Shown piece after piece: positions 1 through 9,217 of a stretch of 64,000 bases of DNA. The notes under the pieces are model-generated. The model searched no databases. It had not been told where the DNA came from and saw only the letters and a program-made list of their open reading frames with translations. Source of the DNA: an uncultured Vicinamibacteraceae bacterium (GTDB taxonomy: Bacteria > Acidobacteriota > Vicinamibacteria > Vicinamibacterales > UBA8438); NCBI GenBank assembly GCA_964624855.1, contig CAZUZW010000003.1, positions 18,883-82,882 of the forward strand, given 5' to 3'. Position numbers and translations under genes: made by a program. The stretch's first letter is position 1, and every line of letters begins with the position of its first letter.

Positions 1-14
1 AATGATATATATTT

Positions 15-32
15 ATTTTGAACTATCAAAAT
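15..32. promoter_or_regulatory. Candidate DtxR/MntR-family operator palindrome ATTTTGA-ACTA-TCAAAAT
   Basis: Perfect 7-4-7 inverted repeat in an AT-rich stretch about 90 nt upstream of a DtxR-family gene. A second, weaker repeat ATTTG-N8-CAAAT lies at 36-53. Confidence 0.5.
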
Positions 33-123
33 TTAATTTGTCAAACATCAAATAAATATCTTTCGTCGCGAATGGTAGACAAGTTGGTCGTAGGACTTAT
101 TAACAGGCTGTGACGCTAGACCG

Positions 124-1167
124 ATGCCAGAACCAAGGTTTGCTCTTGTTTTGTTTGTTACGGTCGTGGTGCTCTTAGCACTTCTGTTGTGGCCGAAAAC
201 TGGTCTGGTACCTCGTCTCTACCGGTTGTCTCGTTTCGGTCAACGTGTTCGTCTGGAGGATGCACTTAAGCATGTGTTTATGTGCCAGCAGAGCGGCCAG
301 ACAAGTTCATTACAGAGCCTTGCTGGCCAATTAGAGGTGTCAACGGGACAGGCCGCGTCGTTTCTGTCGCGATTGACGGAGATGGGACTGGTGCAGATGG
401 AGGGTGATGGTCCCAAACTGACTCAAGAGGGTGCGCAAACTGCTGTCCGCATAGTACGCACACATCGGCTCTGGGAACGATACTTGGCTGATCGTACTGG
501 CGTTCCTCCTGTTGAATGGCACGACGAAGCGGAACGAATGGAACATTCGCTGTCTGCTGAACAGGCGGACCAACTAGAAGCGAGACTGGGGCATCCTGCC
601 TGGGACCCGCATGGGGATCCAATTCCTTCCTCTGCAGGCGAAATTCCACCAGTTCCCGGTATCGAGATACTTGCTGTGGAACCTGGTCGAACTGTGGAGA
701 TTGTTCATCTTGAAGATGAACCTAGAGAGATTTACGATGCGCTTCTGGCTGATGGACTTGTGCTTGGCGCGCGGGTTGAAGTGGTCGGACGGAGAGGTCG
801 TGCTGTTTATGTACGTGCAGGAAGTCGAGAGTGGACTTTGGACCCTGTGACCGCACGAAACATCAGTGTTCGCCAATTGCCGATTGGTGAATTGCCGGAC
901 TCAGATCGGCCGACGCTCCTTGAGGTCAGACAAGGTGAGACGGTTCGTGTTGTTGAGATCTCGCGGGCGTGTCAGGGGCCGCAGCGTCGACGATTGTTGG
1001 ATCTGGGAGTGGTGATTGGGACCGAGATCACACCCGAGTTGATGAGTGTTGCCAAGGACCCAGTGGCTTATCGGATACGCGGCGCGCTTATCGCTCTACG
1101 GAAGCAGCAGGCGGCGTGGATTAGCGTCCAACGGCTTAATGGTCGCGATACGGTAGAGGTGACATGA
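124..1167 (+). CDS. DtxR/MntR-family metal-dependent regulator with N-terminal hydrophobic helix and two C-terminal FeoA-like domains
   Basis: EDALKH, HRLWERYL, HDEAERMEH and DPHGDPIP DtxR motifs; RRRLLDLG...DPVAYRIRG FeoA motif; N-terminal FALVLFVTVVVLLALLLW. Confidence 0.9.
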   Translation: MPEPRFALVLFVTVVVLLALLLWPKTGLVPRLYRLSRFGQRVRLEDALKHVFMCQQSGQTSSLQSLAGQLEVSTGQAASFLSRLTEMGLVQMEGDGPKLTQEGAQTAVRIVRTHRLWERYLADRTGVPPVEWHDEAERMEHSLSAEQADQLEARLGHPAWDPHGDPIPSSAGEIPPVPGIEILAVEPGRTVEIVHLEDEPREIYDALLADGLVLGARVEVVGRRGRAVYVRAGSREWTLDPVTARNISVRQLPIGELPDSDRPTLLEVRQGETVRVVEISRACQGPQRRRLLDLGVVIGTEITPELMSVAKDPVAYRIRGALIALRKQQAAWISVQRLNGRDTVEVT

Positions 1168-3380
1168 TGTCTGATTTGTCGTCAGGTTCATGTGGTGGTT
1201 GCTCCCAACATCGGACAGAGAGCTTGGTTCGACTTGGCTTGAACCCAGACAAATGGGACATCCTGATTGCTCTTGCCGGAAATCCTAATGTTGGCAAGAG
1301 CACGGTATTCAATGCTCTTACCGGTCTGCGCCAACATACTGGGAACTGGCCGGGTAAAACGATTGTTCGTGCAGAGGGGGCGTTCGCCCATCAAGAAAAA
1401 CGGGTAAAGCTGGTTGACTTGCCGGGAACATACTCTCTTCAAGCTGGAAGTATGGATGAGGAAGTGGCTCGAGACTTCATACTTTTCGGCCGGCCGGATG
1501 TAACTATTGTGGTCGTTGACGCAACACGTCTCGAACGAAACCTCAATTTGACACTCCAAATTCTGGACATCAGCGACCAGGTTGTGGTCTATCTGAACCT
1601 GATCGACGAAGCTCGTCGGAAAGGTATCGCTATAGACGCGAACCAATTGGAGCGGGAATTGGGAGTACCTGTGGTCAGCGGAGTTGCCAGAGATAATGTG
1701 GGGGTCGAAGAACTTCTCGATAGGGCTCACAGCCTAGCTGTCGGGAAAACATCAACGACACCTTACCGGTTACAAAGTTATTCCGATGACGTTGAGAAAA
1801 CAGTGGCTTCTCTGGCACAGTCGGTGAAAAGTATCTTCCCGAATGTTCCAAATACGCGATGGGTCGCCCTCCGTTTGTTGAATGCCGACGAAGCAGTGGT
1901 CGAGAGCGTCCGGACAGGTGAGTTAGGTCAATTGGGTGAGGAGTCTGACCGTCCGGCGGTTCTCACGAATCAGCGGACACAGCTGGTCGATTCGGCTCGC
2001 AGGATGCGGTGGGATCTTCCGACAGATTTTCACGACCGTATTAGTGAGCGTCTTTACGACGCGGCCCAGAAGATCGCCGATAAAGTTCAGATGCGAGGAC
2101 TTAGTAAGGCCCGTTTCGATTTCGACCGGGCCCTCGATGGCGTTCTTACCAGCCGGCTATTTGGGTTTCCGTTGATGTTGGCGATACTTGCAGTTGTTTT
2201 CTGGATCACCATTGAAGGAGCGAACGGACCGTCCGGTTTTCTTGCAACTCTTCTCATCGATAATGCCCATCCATGGCTGAAGAATCTTGCCGACACGGCA
2301 GGATTACCTTGGTGGCTGAGTGGGTTTGCTCTCGATGGAGTCTATTTGGCTACCGCTTGGGTGGTGGCCGTCATGCTGCCACCCATGGCCATCTTTTTTC
2401 CGATATTTACTTTGCTTGAAGATTTTGGATATCTCCCGCGTGTTGCTTTTAATCTTGACGCTCTCTTTCGGGCGGCGGGTTCACATGGGAAGCAGGCACT
2501 CACCATGTGTATGGGGTTTGGATGCAACGCGGCTGGCGTGGTGGCAACCCGAGTTATTGACAGTCCGCGAGAACGTCTTATCGCCATCATTACCAACAAT
2601 TTTTCTCTTTGTAATGGTCGGTGGCCGACTCAAATCTTGATCGCAACAATTTTTATTGGGGCGGTAGTGCCGGCACACCTTTCAGGGATTGTATCGGCCG
2701 GCGCGGTTGTTGGGATTGCTGTTTTGGGTATCGTGGTGATGTTTGGCACTTCGTGGCTGCTTTCACGGACCCTGCTCCGGGGCGAAGCGACCAGTTTCAG
2801 TCTTGAGTTGCCACCGTATCGTCCACCACGCATTCTTCAGACTTTGTATACGTCCGTGATTGACCGGACGTTGATTGTGCTCTGGCGCGCGGTCATATTT
2901 GCCGTGCCGGCGGGTGCGGTGATCTGGTTGGCTTCTAATCTCAATATTGGGGACGCGAGTTTCGCTGAGCATATGGTGTCTTGGCTAAATCCATTTGGGG
3001 TTTTGATTGGGCTTAATGGTGTCATCTTGTTGGCTTATGTACTAGCGATTCCGGCTAACGAGATTGTCATTCCTACGGTCCTGATGTTGACAGTCTTAAC
3101 AGCTGATGTATCCAGTGTTGGTTCTGGAGCTGGCATTATGTTTGAACTTGATAACAACGATGCTACTGGAGAGTTACTCCGCTCTGGCGGTTGGACTCTC
3201 CTCACAGCGGTCAATTTGATGTTGTTCAGTCTCTTGCATAACCCTTGCTCGACAACGATTTATACGATCTACAAGGAGACGCAGAGTGCGAAGTGGACGA
3301 CTGTGGCGACCCTTCTTCCCGTCGTCCTTGGCGTCGCGATTTGCTTTCTTGTGACTCAAGTCTGGAGGTTGGCAGTTTGA
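1164..3380 (+). CDS. feoB: Ferrous iron (or manganese) transporter FeoB
   Basis: G1 GNPNVGKS, NWPGKT, G3 DLPGTYSL, gate motif GFGCNA, ELPPYRPP; polytopic membrane C-terminal half. Confidence 0.95.
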   Translation: MMSDLSSGSCGGCSQHRTESLVRLGLNPDKWDILIALAGNPNVGKSTVFNALTGLRQHTGNWPGKTIVRAEGAFAHQEKRVKLVDLPGTYSLQAGSMDEEVARDFILFGRPDVTIVVVDATRLERNLNLTLQILDISDQVVVYLNLIDEARRKGIAIDANQLERELGVPVVSGVARDNVGVEELLDRAHSLAVGKTSTTPYRLQSYSDDVEKTVASLAQSVKSIFPNVPNTRWVALRLLNADEAVVESVRTGELGQLGEESDRPAVLTNQRTQLVDSARRMRWDLPTDFHDRISERLYDAAQKIADKVQMRGLSKARFDFDRALDGVLTSRLFGFPLMLAILAVVFWITIEGANGPSGFLATLLIDNAHPWLKNLADTAGLPWWLSGFALDGVYLATAWVVAVMLPPMAIFFPIFTLLEDFGYLPRVAFNLDALFRAAGSHGKQALTMCMGFGCNAAGVVATRVIDSPRERLIAIITNNFSLCNGRWPTQILIATIFIGAVVPAHLSGIVSAGAVVGIAVLGIVVMFGTSWLLSRTLLRGEATSFSLELPPYRPPRILQTLYTSVIDRTLIVLWRAVIFAVPAGAVIWLASNLNIGDASFAEHMVSWLNPFGVLIGLNGVILLAYVLAIPANEIVIPTVLMLTVLTADVSSVGSGAGIMFELDNNDATGELLRSGGWTLLTAVNLMLFSLLHNPCSTTIYTIYKETQSAKWTTVATLLPVVLGVAICFLVTQVWRLAV

Positions 3381-3498
3381 GTGCCGACAAATAGTCGGAG
3401 GCATGAGGTCACAGATTACGGATTTGAGTAAGAGACAGTTTTAAGATAGGGACTGTGCATCCACAGACCCTTTTCTGTCTCGTGTACTCTTTATTGCT

Positions 3499-3945
3499 AT
3501 GGCTCCTCATCTCAATCGGGACCAGTGGTCTGGAGAAGGTGACTTCACTCAGACATTGGTCGACTGGTTCTTAGAGTGCGACATGATCACTTTTGTGCGT
3601 GTCGAGGATTCAGAGTCAACTCGGACGGATGTTGACTACAACCTACTTAGCAATGAGATCTTTGTAGAGTTTCGAACGCGTGACCGTGTAGAGCGAGAAT
3701 TATTATGGGGTGTTATTCCCCGTAAGCGAGTCGTGACTGAGAAATTAATGACCCTTGATCAGCTTGATGCCGCACTAGATGAAGACGAGAACATTGGCAC
3801 TTCTGATTATGCTGACGAAGGAATGATTCAGTTCTTGAAAACCGAGCGCGTAATTCCGCCATATCAAACAAAGGGCTACAAGCTCATAGAGCTGGTTCGG
3901 ATTTACGAAGTGGGAACATCGCGCCAGACAGAAATGGATCACTAG
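3499..3945 (+). CDS. Hypothetical protein
   Basis: 148-aa ATG ORF filling the intergenic space, tandem with the next ORF; no motif recognised. Confidence 0.65.
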   Translation: MAPHLNRDQWSGEGDFTQTLVDWFLECDMITFVRVEDSESTRTDVDYNLLSNEIFVEFRTRDRVERELLWGVIPRKRVVTEKLMTLDQLDAALDEDENIGTSDYADEGMIQFLKTERVIPPYQTKGYKLIELVRIYEVGTSRQTEMDH

Positions 3946-3948
3946 TCC

Positions 3949-4377
3949 ATGCTTGAAAACTCAGAAATCAGAAGACAGGTTCGCCTCATGATTGCGGAGT
4001 CTAAACGGGGGGCCGAGGAACGTCGTGCGCGTGCGGAATCCGAGGTTCGTGTTGGTAAGAGGTTGTTAAGGACTGTAGTTGTACCGATGTTTAAGACGGT
4101 TGCCGAGGCCCTAAAAGTCGAAGGTTACGCTTTTAGGATCTCAACGCCAGTTGATTCTGTTCGGATCTCAGTAGAGGGTTCTGGTGAAAACTTTATCGAA
4201 ATGATCTTCGATTCAGCCCATGATCAACTAGCGCTTCGAGGTCGAGTGAGTCGCCTGAGAGGTCGACAGGTACTGGTTGATGAAAGGATCATCAGCGCGG
4301 GTTCAGAATTGTCGTTGCTAGAAGATGAACAGGTGTTGGAATTCTTGCTTGCTGAACTTCAACCTTTTGTCGATTAA
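3949..4377 (+). CDS. Hypothetical protein
   Basis: 142-aa ORF 3 nt after the previous stop, converging on the CoA-transferase gene. Confidence 0.65.
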   Translation: MLENSEIRRQVRLMIAESKRGAEERRARAESEVRVGKRLLRTVVVPMFKTVAEALKVEGYAFRISTPVDSVRISVEGSGENFIEMIFDSAHDQLALRGRVSRLRGRQVLVDERIISAGSELSLLEDEQVLEFLLAELQPFVD

Positions 4378-4383
4378 AGATTG

Positions 4384-5586
4384 CTAGACCACGCCTTTTT
4401 CTTTAAGTTGAACGATCTCTTTCGCGCTGAGGCCGAGGTCATCACCAAGAATCGTCTCAGTATGTTGACCCAATGTCGGTGGCGGCGTACGTACATTGCC
4501 AGGTGTATCGTCTAATTTTACCGGAACGCCCAATGTTCTGATTGCGCCTGCGATGGGGTGGTCAAGTGCCACTACCATGGCTCGCTCGATAATCTGTGAG
4601 TCCGAAAAAACTGCTTCAAGATCCCGAACGGCACCACAGGGGATTCCGCCGTCAGTCAGCAGTTCAATCCAATCTGTGGCAGGTCTGGATTTCAGGTATT
4701 CGACGAGAATGGGTCTCAGGGCCTCACGTCTTTCGACGCGGTCTTTATTTGTTGCAAATCGTACGTCGGTAGCCAAGTCGTCGGCTCCGAGCAATTGGCA
4801 GAACGAATGCCAAAGTTGGTCATTTCCGACGGCAACTACTAGTTCGCCATCGCCTGTTTCTAGAGTTTCGTATGGCACAATTGTTGGGTGTCGGTTACCC
4901 AGCCGTGTCGGCGCTTGGTTGGTTGCGAAGTAGATTCCTGCTTGATATGTGAGTAGTGCAGCAACAGAATCCAGCATTCCAACATCAACGAATTGACCCC
5001 GACTGGTGCGATGTCGTGCCAGCAGTGCCATGGCTACACCATAGGCAGCAAACATGCCTGACGTTATGTCAGCGATGGCGACTCCGAGGCGATAACCAGG
5101 TCTGTCACGGTCCCCGGTTATACTCATGAGCCCGCCCTCGGCTTGCAGCACTGCGTCGTATCCTGGTTGAGTTCGACGCGGTCCCGTGTGACCAAAACCT
5201 GAGACCGAGCAGTAAATCAGGCGAGGCCAGCGGGGTGCTAGGTCGGCATATCCTAATTGCATACGTGCTAGCGTGCCTGGCCTGAAATTTTCCACAAGCA
5301 CATCGGTCTCATCTAGCAGACTATTCAGTAGTGTTCGGCTCTCGGGGTGTTTTAGATTGAGGGTTAGGCTTTCTTTGTTTCGGTTGACACTCATGAAGTA
5401 GGAGCTCTCTCCCTTTTCAAACGGTGGCCCCCATCCACGAGTATCGTCGCCACGACCTGGTTGCTCAACTTTGATTACACGTGCGCCCATATCGGCAAGC
5501 ATCATTGTGCAGTAAGGTCCAGACAGGACACGTGTTAAGTCCAGAACATTGGTGCCGCTTAACGGGCCGCTCGTTTGATTAGGCAT
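4384..5586 (-). CDS. CaiB/BaiF family III CoA transferase
   Basis: LDLTRVLSGPYCTMMLADMGARVIKVE, NRNKES, ENFRPG, GYDAVLQAEGG, PPPTLGQHT. Confidence 0.93.
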   Translation of the reverse strand: MPNQTSGPLSGTNVLDLTRVLSGPYCTMMLADMGARVIKVEQPGRGDDTRGWGPPFEKGESSYFMSVNRNKESLTLNLKHPESRTLLNSLLDETDVLVENFRPGTLARMQLGYADLAPRWPRLIYCSVSGFGHTGPRRTQPGYDAVLQAEGGLMSITGDRDRPGYRLGVAIADITSGMFAAYGVAMALLARHRTSRGQFVDVGMLDSVAALLTYQAGIYFATNQAPTRLGNRHPTIVPYETLETGDGELVVAVGNDQLWHSFCQLLGADDLATDVRFATNKDRVERREALRPILVEYLKSRPATDWIELLTDGGIPCGAVRDLEAVFSDSQIIERAMVVALDHPIAGAIRTLGVPVKLDDTPGNVRTPPPTLGQHTETILGDDLGLSAKEIVQLKEKGVV

Positions 5587-5648
5587 ACTTAGTCCAAGAC
5601 CCGGCAGCTGGCGTCTTTGCAGGACAAGCTACCGAGTATTAATAGATC

Positions 5649-6734
5649 TTATTCCTTGTCGGACACACGTAGTTGATGTGTGTGTCGATTAATTTCCAAT
5701 AAATCGGTCATCAACGCATACGCTGTATGGTTCACACCTGACTGTGATTTTCCCAGTTGAATTCGTCCAAGCACGTCGGTCTCGAATTCGATAGTTTTGG
5801 CCGTCCCGTTACAGTCGATCAAAGAGTCATGCCTCGCTAGAGTGACCGGTGTCACCTTTGCCTCGATCTCATCGTTTTGAAATTGGGCTGACGCAATAAG
5901 TTTTACTTGCTGTCCTTCTTTTCTTGCACTGACGAGTTGGTTAACGCTGAGGGACTGAATTCCAGTGCAGTCGACGTCGTAGGGCGTTATAGCGCCACCC
6001 ATTAACGAGTTGACCAAAATAGCAGTTTTAGCTGCTGCATCCCACCCGTTTACATCATTGGATGAGTCTGCTTCGCTGATTCCTTCAGCTTGAATATGGC
6101 TTAACGCTTCTTCCATCGTCCGGCCACCTTCCATCGCGGACAGAATATGGTTTGTTGTGGTGTTAACAATTCCACGAAAAGATTTCACACGTGCGGTTGG
6201 TAACAAGTGGCGAAAAAAACTGAACACCGGAAAGCCATCGAGAACCGAGCCTTCGTACAGGAACTTGCGCTTTGACCTCTTGGCGAGATCTACTAGCTCT
6301 CGGTGGGCGAATGCGGCTGGTCCCTTGTTTGCAGTAATCACGTGGGCTCCTAACGTCAAGGCAGTCCGCACGTGATCTACGCCAGGCTGACCATCCCGAG
6401 GTCCCAGCGGGGTGTTCTCCACTACAACTAACCGAGTTGAGTATTCACGTAAATCTAAAGCGTTTATTGCAGTTTCAAGAAAACTGAATGTATCAGGCAC
6501 ACTCGGACGAACATTCCGTGAATGTAAGTCAGGCAATGCATTGTTGCGAGCAGCTTGGAGGGCTTGGTCAGGATTAATTCCATCCGGATCCACGGCCAAA
6601 CCATGGTGCGCTGTAGCAATACCAGCAATTATCCAACTAGGGTTGCCTTTGGGGTCGAGCAGAAACTCCTGTTTGAGAAGTAGCTGAATGAAGCGTTGCG
6701 CGACGAGCCCAAACCCCACGAGTATGAGTTTCAG
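5649..6734 (-). CDS. hom: Homoserine dehydrogenase (probable CTG start at 6734)
   Basis: Rossmann KLILVGFGLVA, HVITANKGP, YEGSVLDGFP, GIVNTTTNHIL, DVNGWDAAAK. AGAGGA SD lies 6 nt before an in-frame CTG; an in-frame TAA is further upstream. Confidence 0.88.
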   Translation of the reverse strand: MKLILVGFGLVAQRFIQLLLKQEFLLDPKGNPSWIIAGIATAHHGLAVDPDGINPDQALQAARNNALPDLHSRNVRPSVPDTFSFLETAINALDLREYSTRLVVVENTPLGPRDGQPGVDHVRTALTLGAHVITANKGPAAFAHRELVDLAKRSKRKFLYEGSVLDGFPVFSFFRHLLPTARVKSFRGIVNTTTNHILSAMEGGRTMEEALSHIQAEGISEADSSNDVNGWDAAAKTAILVNSLMGGAITPYDVDCTGIQSLSVNQLVSARKEGQQVKLIASAQFQNDEIEAKVTPVTLARHDSLIDCNGTAKTIEFETDVLGRIQLGKSQSGVNHTAYALMTDLLEINRHTHQLRVSDKE

Positions 6735-7101
6735 TGGTTTTCCTCTTTGCGTTTTGTCTTAGTTGTAGGGGAGTTGATGGTAGAGACAGTACCCACACGG
6801 TCGATTAATCGAAGCATTCCAGCTCAGAATAAGCGAACAGAGTCACTCTTACAACCTATGCGGATCGCGTTCCACAGAGAGCTGAATGAATGCTACGATC
6901 AACTGGTGCCAGTGGCTTACGAGGCACGACAAAAGTTAAGCCTAACATTGTTACAGAGGAACGGCCTTTTCCGTCTCGGTGACCAGGTTTTTGGTGGCCT
7001 GCCATATACTGCAGGTCGCTGGAACGACATCAGACTTCGAGTGTCGACAGAGCAATATGAGACAGAACACACTTTTGGGTTTGGCGAGGATCAAATAGGC
7101 A

Positions 7102-8439
7102 ATGGATGATCATGTTCTGCGTGTTTACGATTCTATTCTCGGGCTTCTTTCCGGTGCCGAAAATCCGACACCGCTAGTACGTCTGAATCGAGTGTCTCCA
7201 TTCAAGCACACGAAAGTCTACGGGAAGCTTGAGTGGTATAACCCATTTGGTGCGGTGAAGGATCGTGTCGCCGCGAACCTGATTGCGGATGGCGAGGCTC
7301 GGCGCACCATTCACGGTGAGCAAAAATTAGTAGAGCCAACTTCTGGCAATACAGGGATGGCGCTTGCGATGATAGCGAACGCCAGAGGTTATTCGCTTAC
7401 GACGCCGTTATCGAGCGAAGTTCCGCTTGAGAAACGTACCATGCTGCGCTTTTTTGGTGCGGACGTGATGGAGCTTGAGGACACTCTTTGTCCGGCCCCA
7501 GGGGCACCAGAAGGAGCTATAGCAAAGGCGAGTGAAATCGCTGATCGGCCAGATTTCCACATGCTGAATCAGTACGCCAACGAAGCAAATCCTGAGGCTC
7601 ATTACAAAACTACAGGACCTGAAATATGGCGCCAGACGGATGGTAAGGTGACGCATTTTGTATGCGGTCTAGGGACGTGCGGAACAATCACGGGGACTGG
7701 TCGATTCCTGAAAGAGCAGGACGATTCCGTCAAGGTCCTCGGGGTGCATCCACAAGAAGGACACGACATTCCCGGTGTTCGAAGCATTCGGCAACTGCAG
7801 CAAACTAAATTGTTTTTTCCTGACGAGTACGATGGACTGATTGAGGTTACAAATCAGGAAGCGTTTGACCTCTGCCTTCGTTTAAATAGAGAGGAGAGCA
7901 TTATTGCTGGTCCGAGTTCTGCTATGGCTCTTTCGGGAGCCTTCAAACTGATCGCTGACGAGCCTGGCAATTCTGTGGTTGTGATCTTCTGCGACAGTGC
8001 GTTTAAGTACGCGTCTTCGGTTGTGAAACATTTGCCAGGTTTGTCAAGTGGACAGGTCAAAAACAGTGGTCAAAAAGATCCGCTACTCGACAAGATGGTG
8101 GCAAACGTCCGAGGGAACGAAACTCTAAATATCGATGTTGATACTGCTCATGCCCAATGGCAGGATGGTAGGTCGTGCGTAATAGACGTTCGACCAAACG
8201 ACCAGTACCGCGAGGGTCACATTCCAGGCGCTTATAACATGCCGCTTCGAGAACTCGGTGAGGACCTTACGGTTCTTCCCGAGGACCTTGACACTCCGAT
8301 TCTCAGCGTGTGCCAGCGTGGGAATGCTTCGTTATCAGGTGTGTTGGTTTTGAAGTCGCTAGGCTATCGAGATGTAAAGAGCATTGCCGGAGGGACTCTT
8401 GCTTGGCGTGAGAAGGGTTTTGATACCGAACCTGACTAG
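7102..8439 (+). CDS. PLP-dependent cysteine synthase family (CysM-like) fused to C-terminal rhodanese
   Basis: KLEWYNPFGAVKDR (PLP Lys), EPTSGNTG, GLGTCGT, IPGVR; rhodanese IDVR...GHIPGA, active loop CQRGNA, GGTLAW. Confidence 0.9.
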   Translation: MDDHVLRVYDSILGLLSGAENPTPLVRLNRVSPFKHTKVYGKLEWYNPFGAVKDRVAANLIADGEARRTIHGEQKLVEPTSGNTGMALAMIANARGYSLTTPLSSEVPLEKRTMLRFFGADVMELEDTLCPAPGAPEGAIAKASEIADRPDFHMLNQYANEANPEAHYKTTGPEIWRQTDGKVTHFVCGLGTCGTITGTGRFLKEQDDSVKVLGVHPQEGHDIPGVRSIRQLQQTKLFFPDEYDGLIEVTNQEAFDLCLRLNREESIIAGPSSAMALSGAFKLIADEPGNSVVVIFCDSAFKYASSVVKHLPGLSSGQVKNSGQKDPLLDKMVANVRGNETLNIDVDTAHAQWQDGRSCVIDVRPNDQYREGHIPGAYNMPLRELGEDLTVLPEDLDTPILSVCQRGNASLSGVLVLKSLGYRDVKSIAGGTLAWREKGFDTEPD

Positions 8440-8488
8440 AAGCGGTTGTAAAACAGAAGAACCCTTTGGGCTGGTGGAAACAGTAGCG

Positions 8489-8923
8489 ATGTCGAAGGAT
8501 CGGGAGCGATCATTGATTGTCAGTGATGTTGTCGCGGCGCATATTCAGAACCACGGCCGCGAAGCTTATCCAAACGAGTGTTGCGGGGCCTTGATTGGGA
8601 CGGATAACGTTGTCCAAGAATGTTTTTCTCTGTCCAATCGGACAGAAGAAGGGCCACGTCGGCGGTTTTTGGTCACGCCCCAGGACTATCGAGTGGCTGA
8701 AGGGTACGCAACGAACTCTGGCAACGAGTTGATAGGTTTCTATCACTCACATCCTGACCATCCCGCTCGTCCGTCCCAGTATGATCTTGATCACGCATGG
8801 CCTGTGTTTGCCTATGTGATCATTTCTGTTGAAAAAGGTGAACCCCGTGCGATGACCTCGTGGCGACTTCGCGAAGACCGTTCGGCATTCGACGAAACAT
8901 GTATTAAACGACGAAACGAATAG
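8489..8923 (+). CDS. JAMM/Mov34 (M67) metalloprotease, Mec-like sulfur-carrier peptidase
   Basis: YPNECCG and FYHSHPDHPARPSQYD (E...HxH-x7-S-x2-D JAMM motif). Start moved to ATG 8489. Confidence 0.92.
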   Translation: MSKDRERSLIVSDVVAAHIQNHGREAYPNECCGALIGTDNVVQECFSLSNRTEEGPRRRFLVTPQDYRVAEGYATNSGNELIGFYHSHPDHPARPSQYDLDHAWPVFAYVIISVEKGEPRAMTSWRLREDRSAFDETCIKRRNE

Positions 8924-8932
8924 GAAAATCAG

Positions 8933-9217
8933 ATGGCCAATGATGTGCTAATACCGACGCCGCTCCGCGTGTATGCGGATAAGCAGGAGCTTGTACAGGC
9001 TGAAGGAAATACGGTCGGTGAACTCTTAGAGGATCTGACGGTCAAGTACTCGGACTTGAAGAAACATCTATACAACGAAGATGGTCGCCTGCGCAGTTTC
9101 GTTAACATCTACCTTAACGACGACGACATACGCTACTTGGACAGGGAAGCAACGATCGTGAAGGACGGTGACACAATCAGCATTGTGCCATCTGTGGCGG
9201 GCGGTGGAGATGAATGA
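8933..9217 (+). CDS. MoaD/ThiS/CysO-family ubiquitin-like sulfur carrier, ending VAGG-GDE
   Basis: IPTPLR, FVNIYLNDDDIRYL, GDTISIVPSVAGG beta-grasp signature. Confidence 0.92.
   Translation: MANDVLIPTPLRVYADKQELVQAEGNTVGELLEDLTVKYSDLKKHLYNEDGRLRSFVNIYLNDDDIRYLDREATIVKDGDTISIVPSVAGGGDE

Noticed and set aside
6696..7109. 137-aa + strand ORF between hom and the cysteine synthase
   Set aside because: Overlaps both neighbours, has no motif, and occupies the divergent promoter region; probably spurious.
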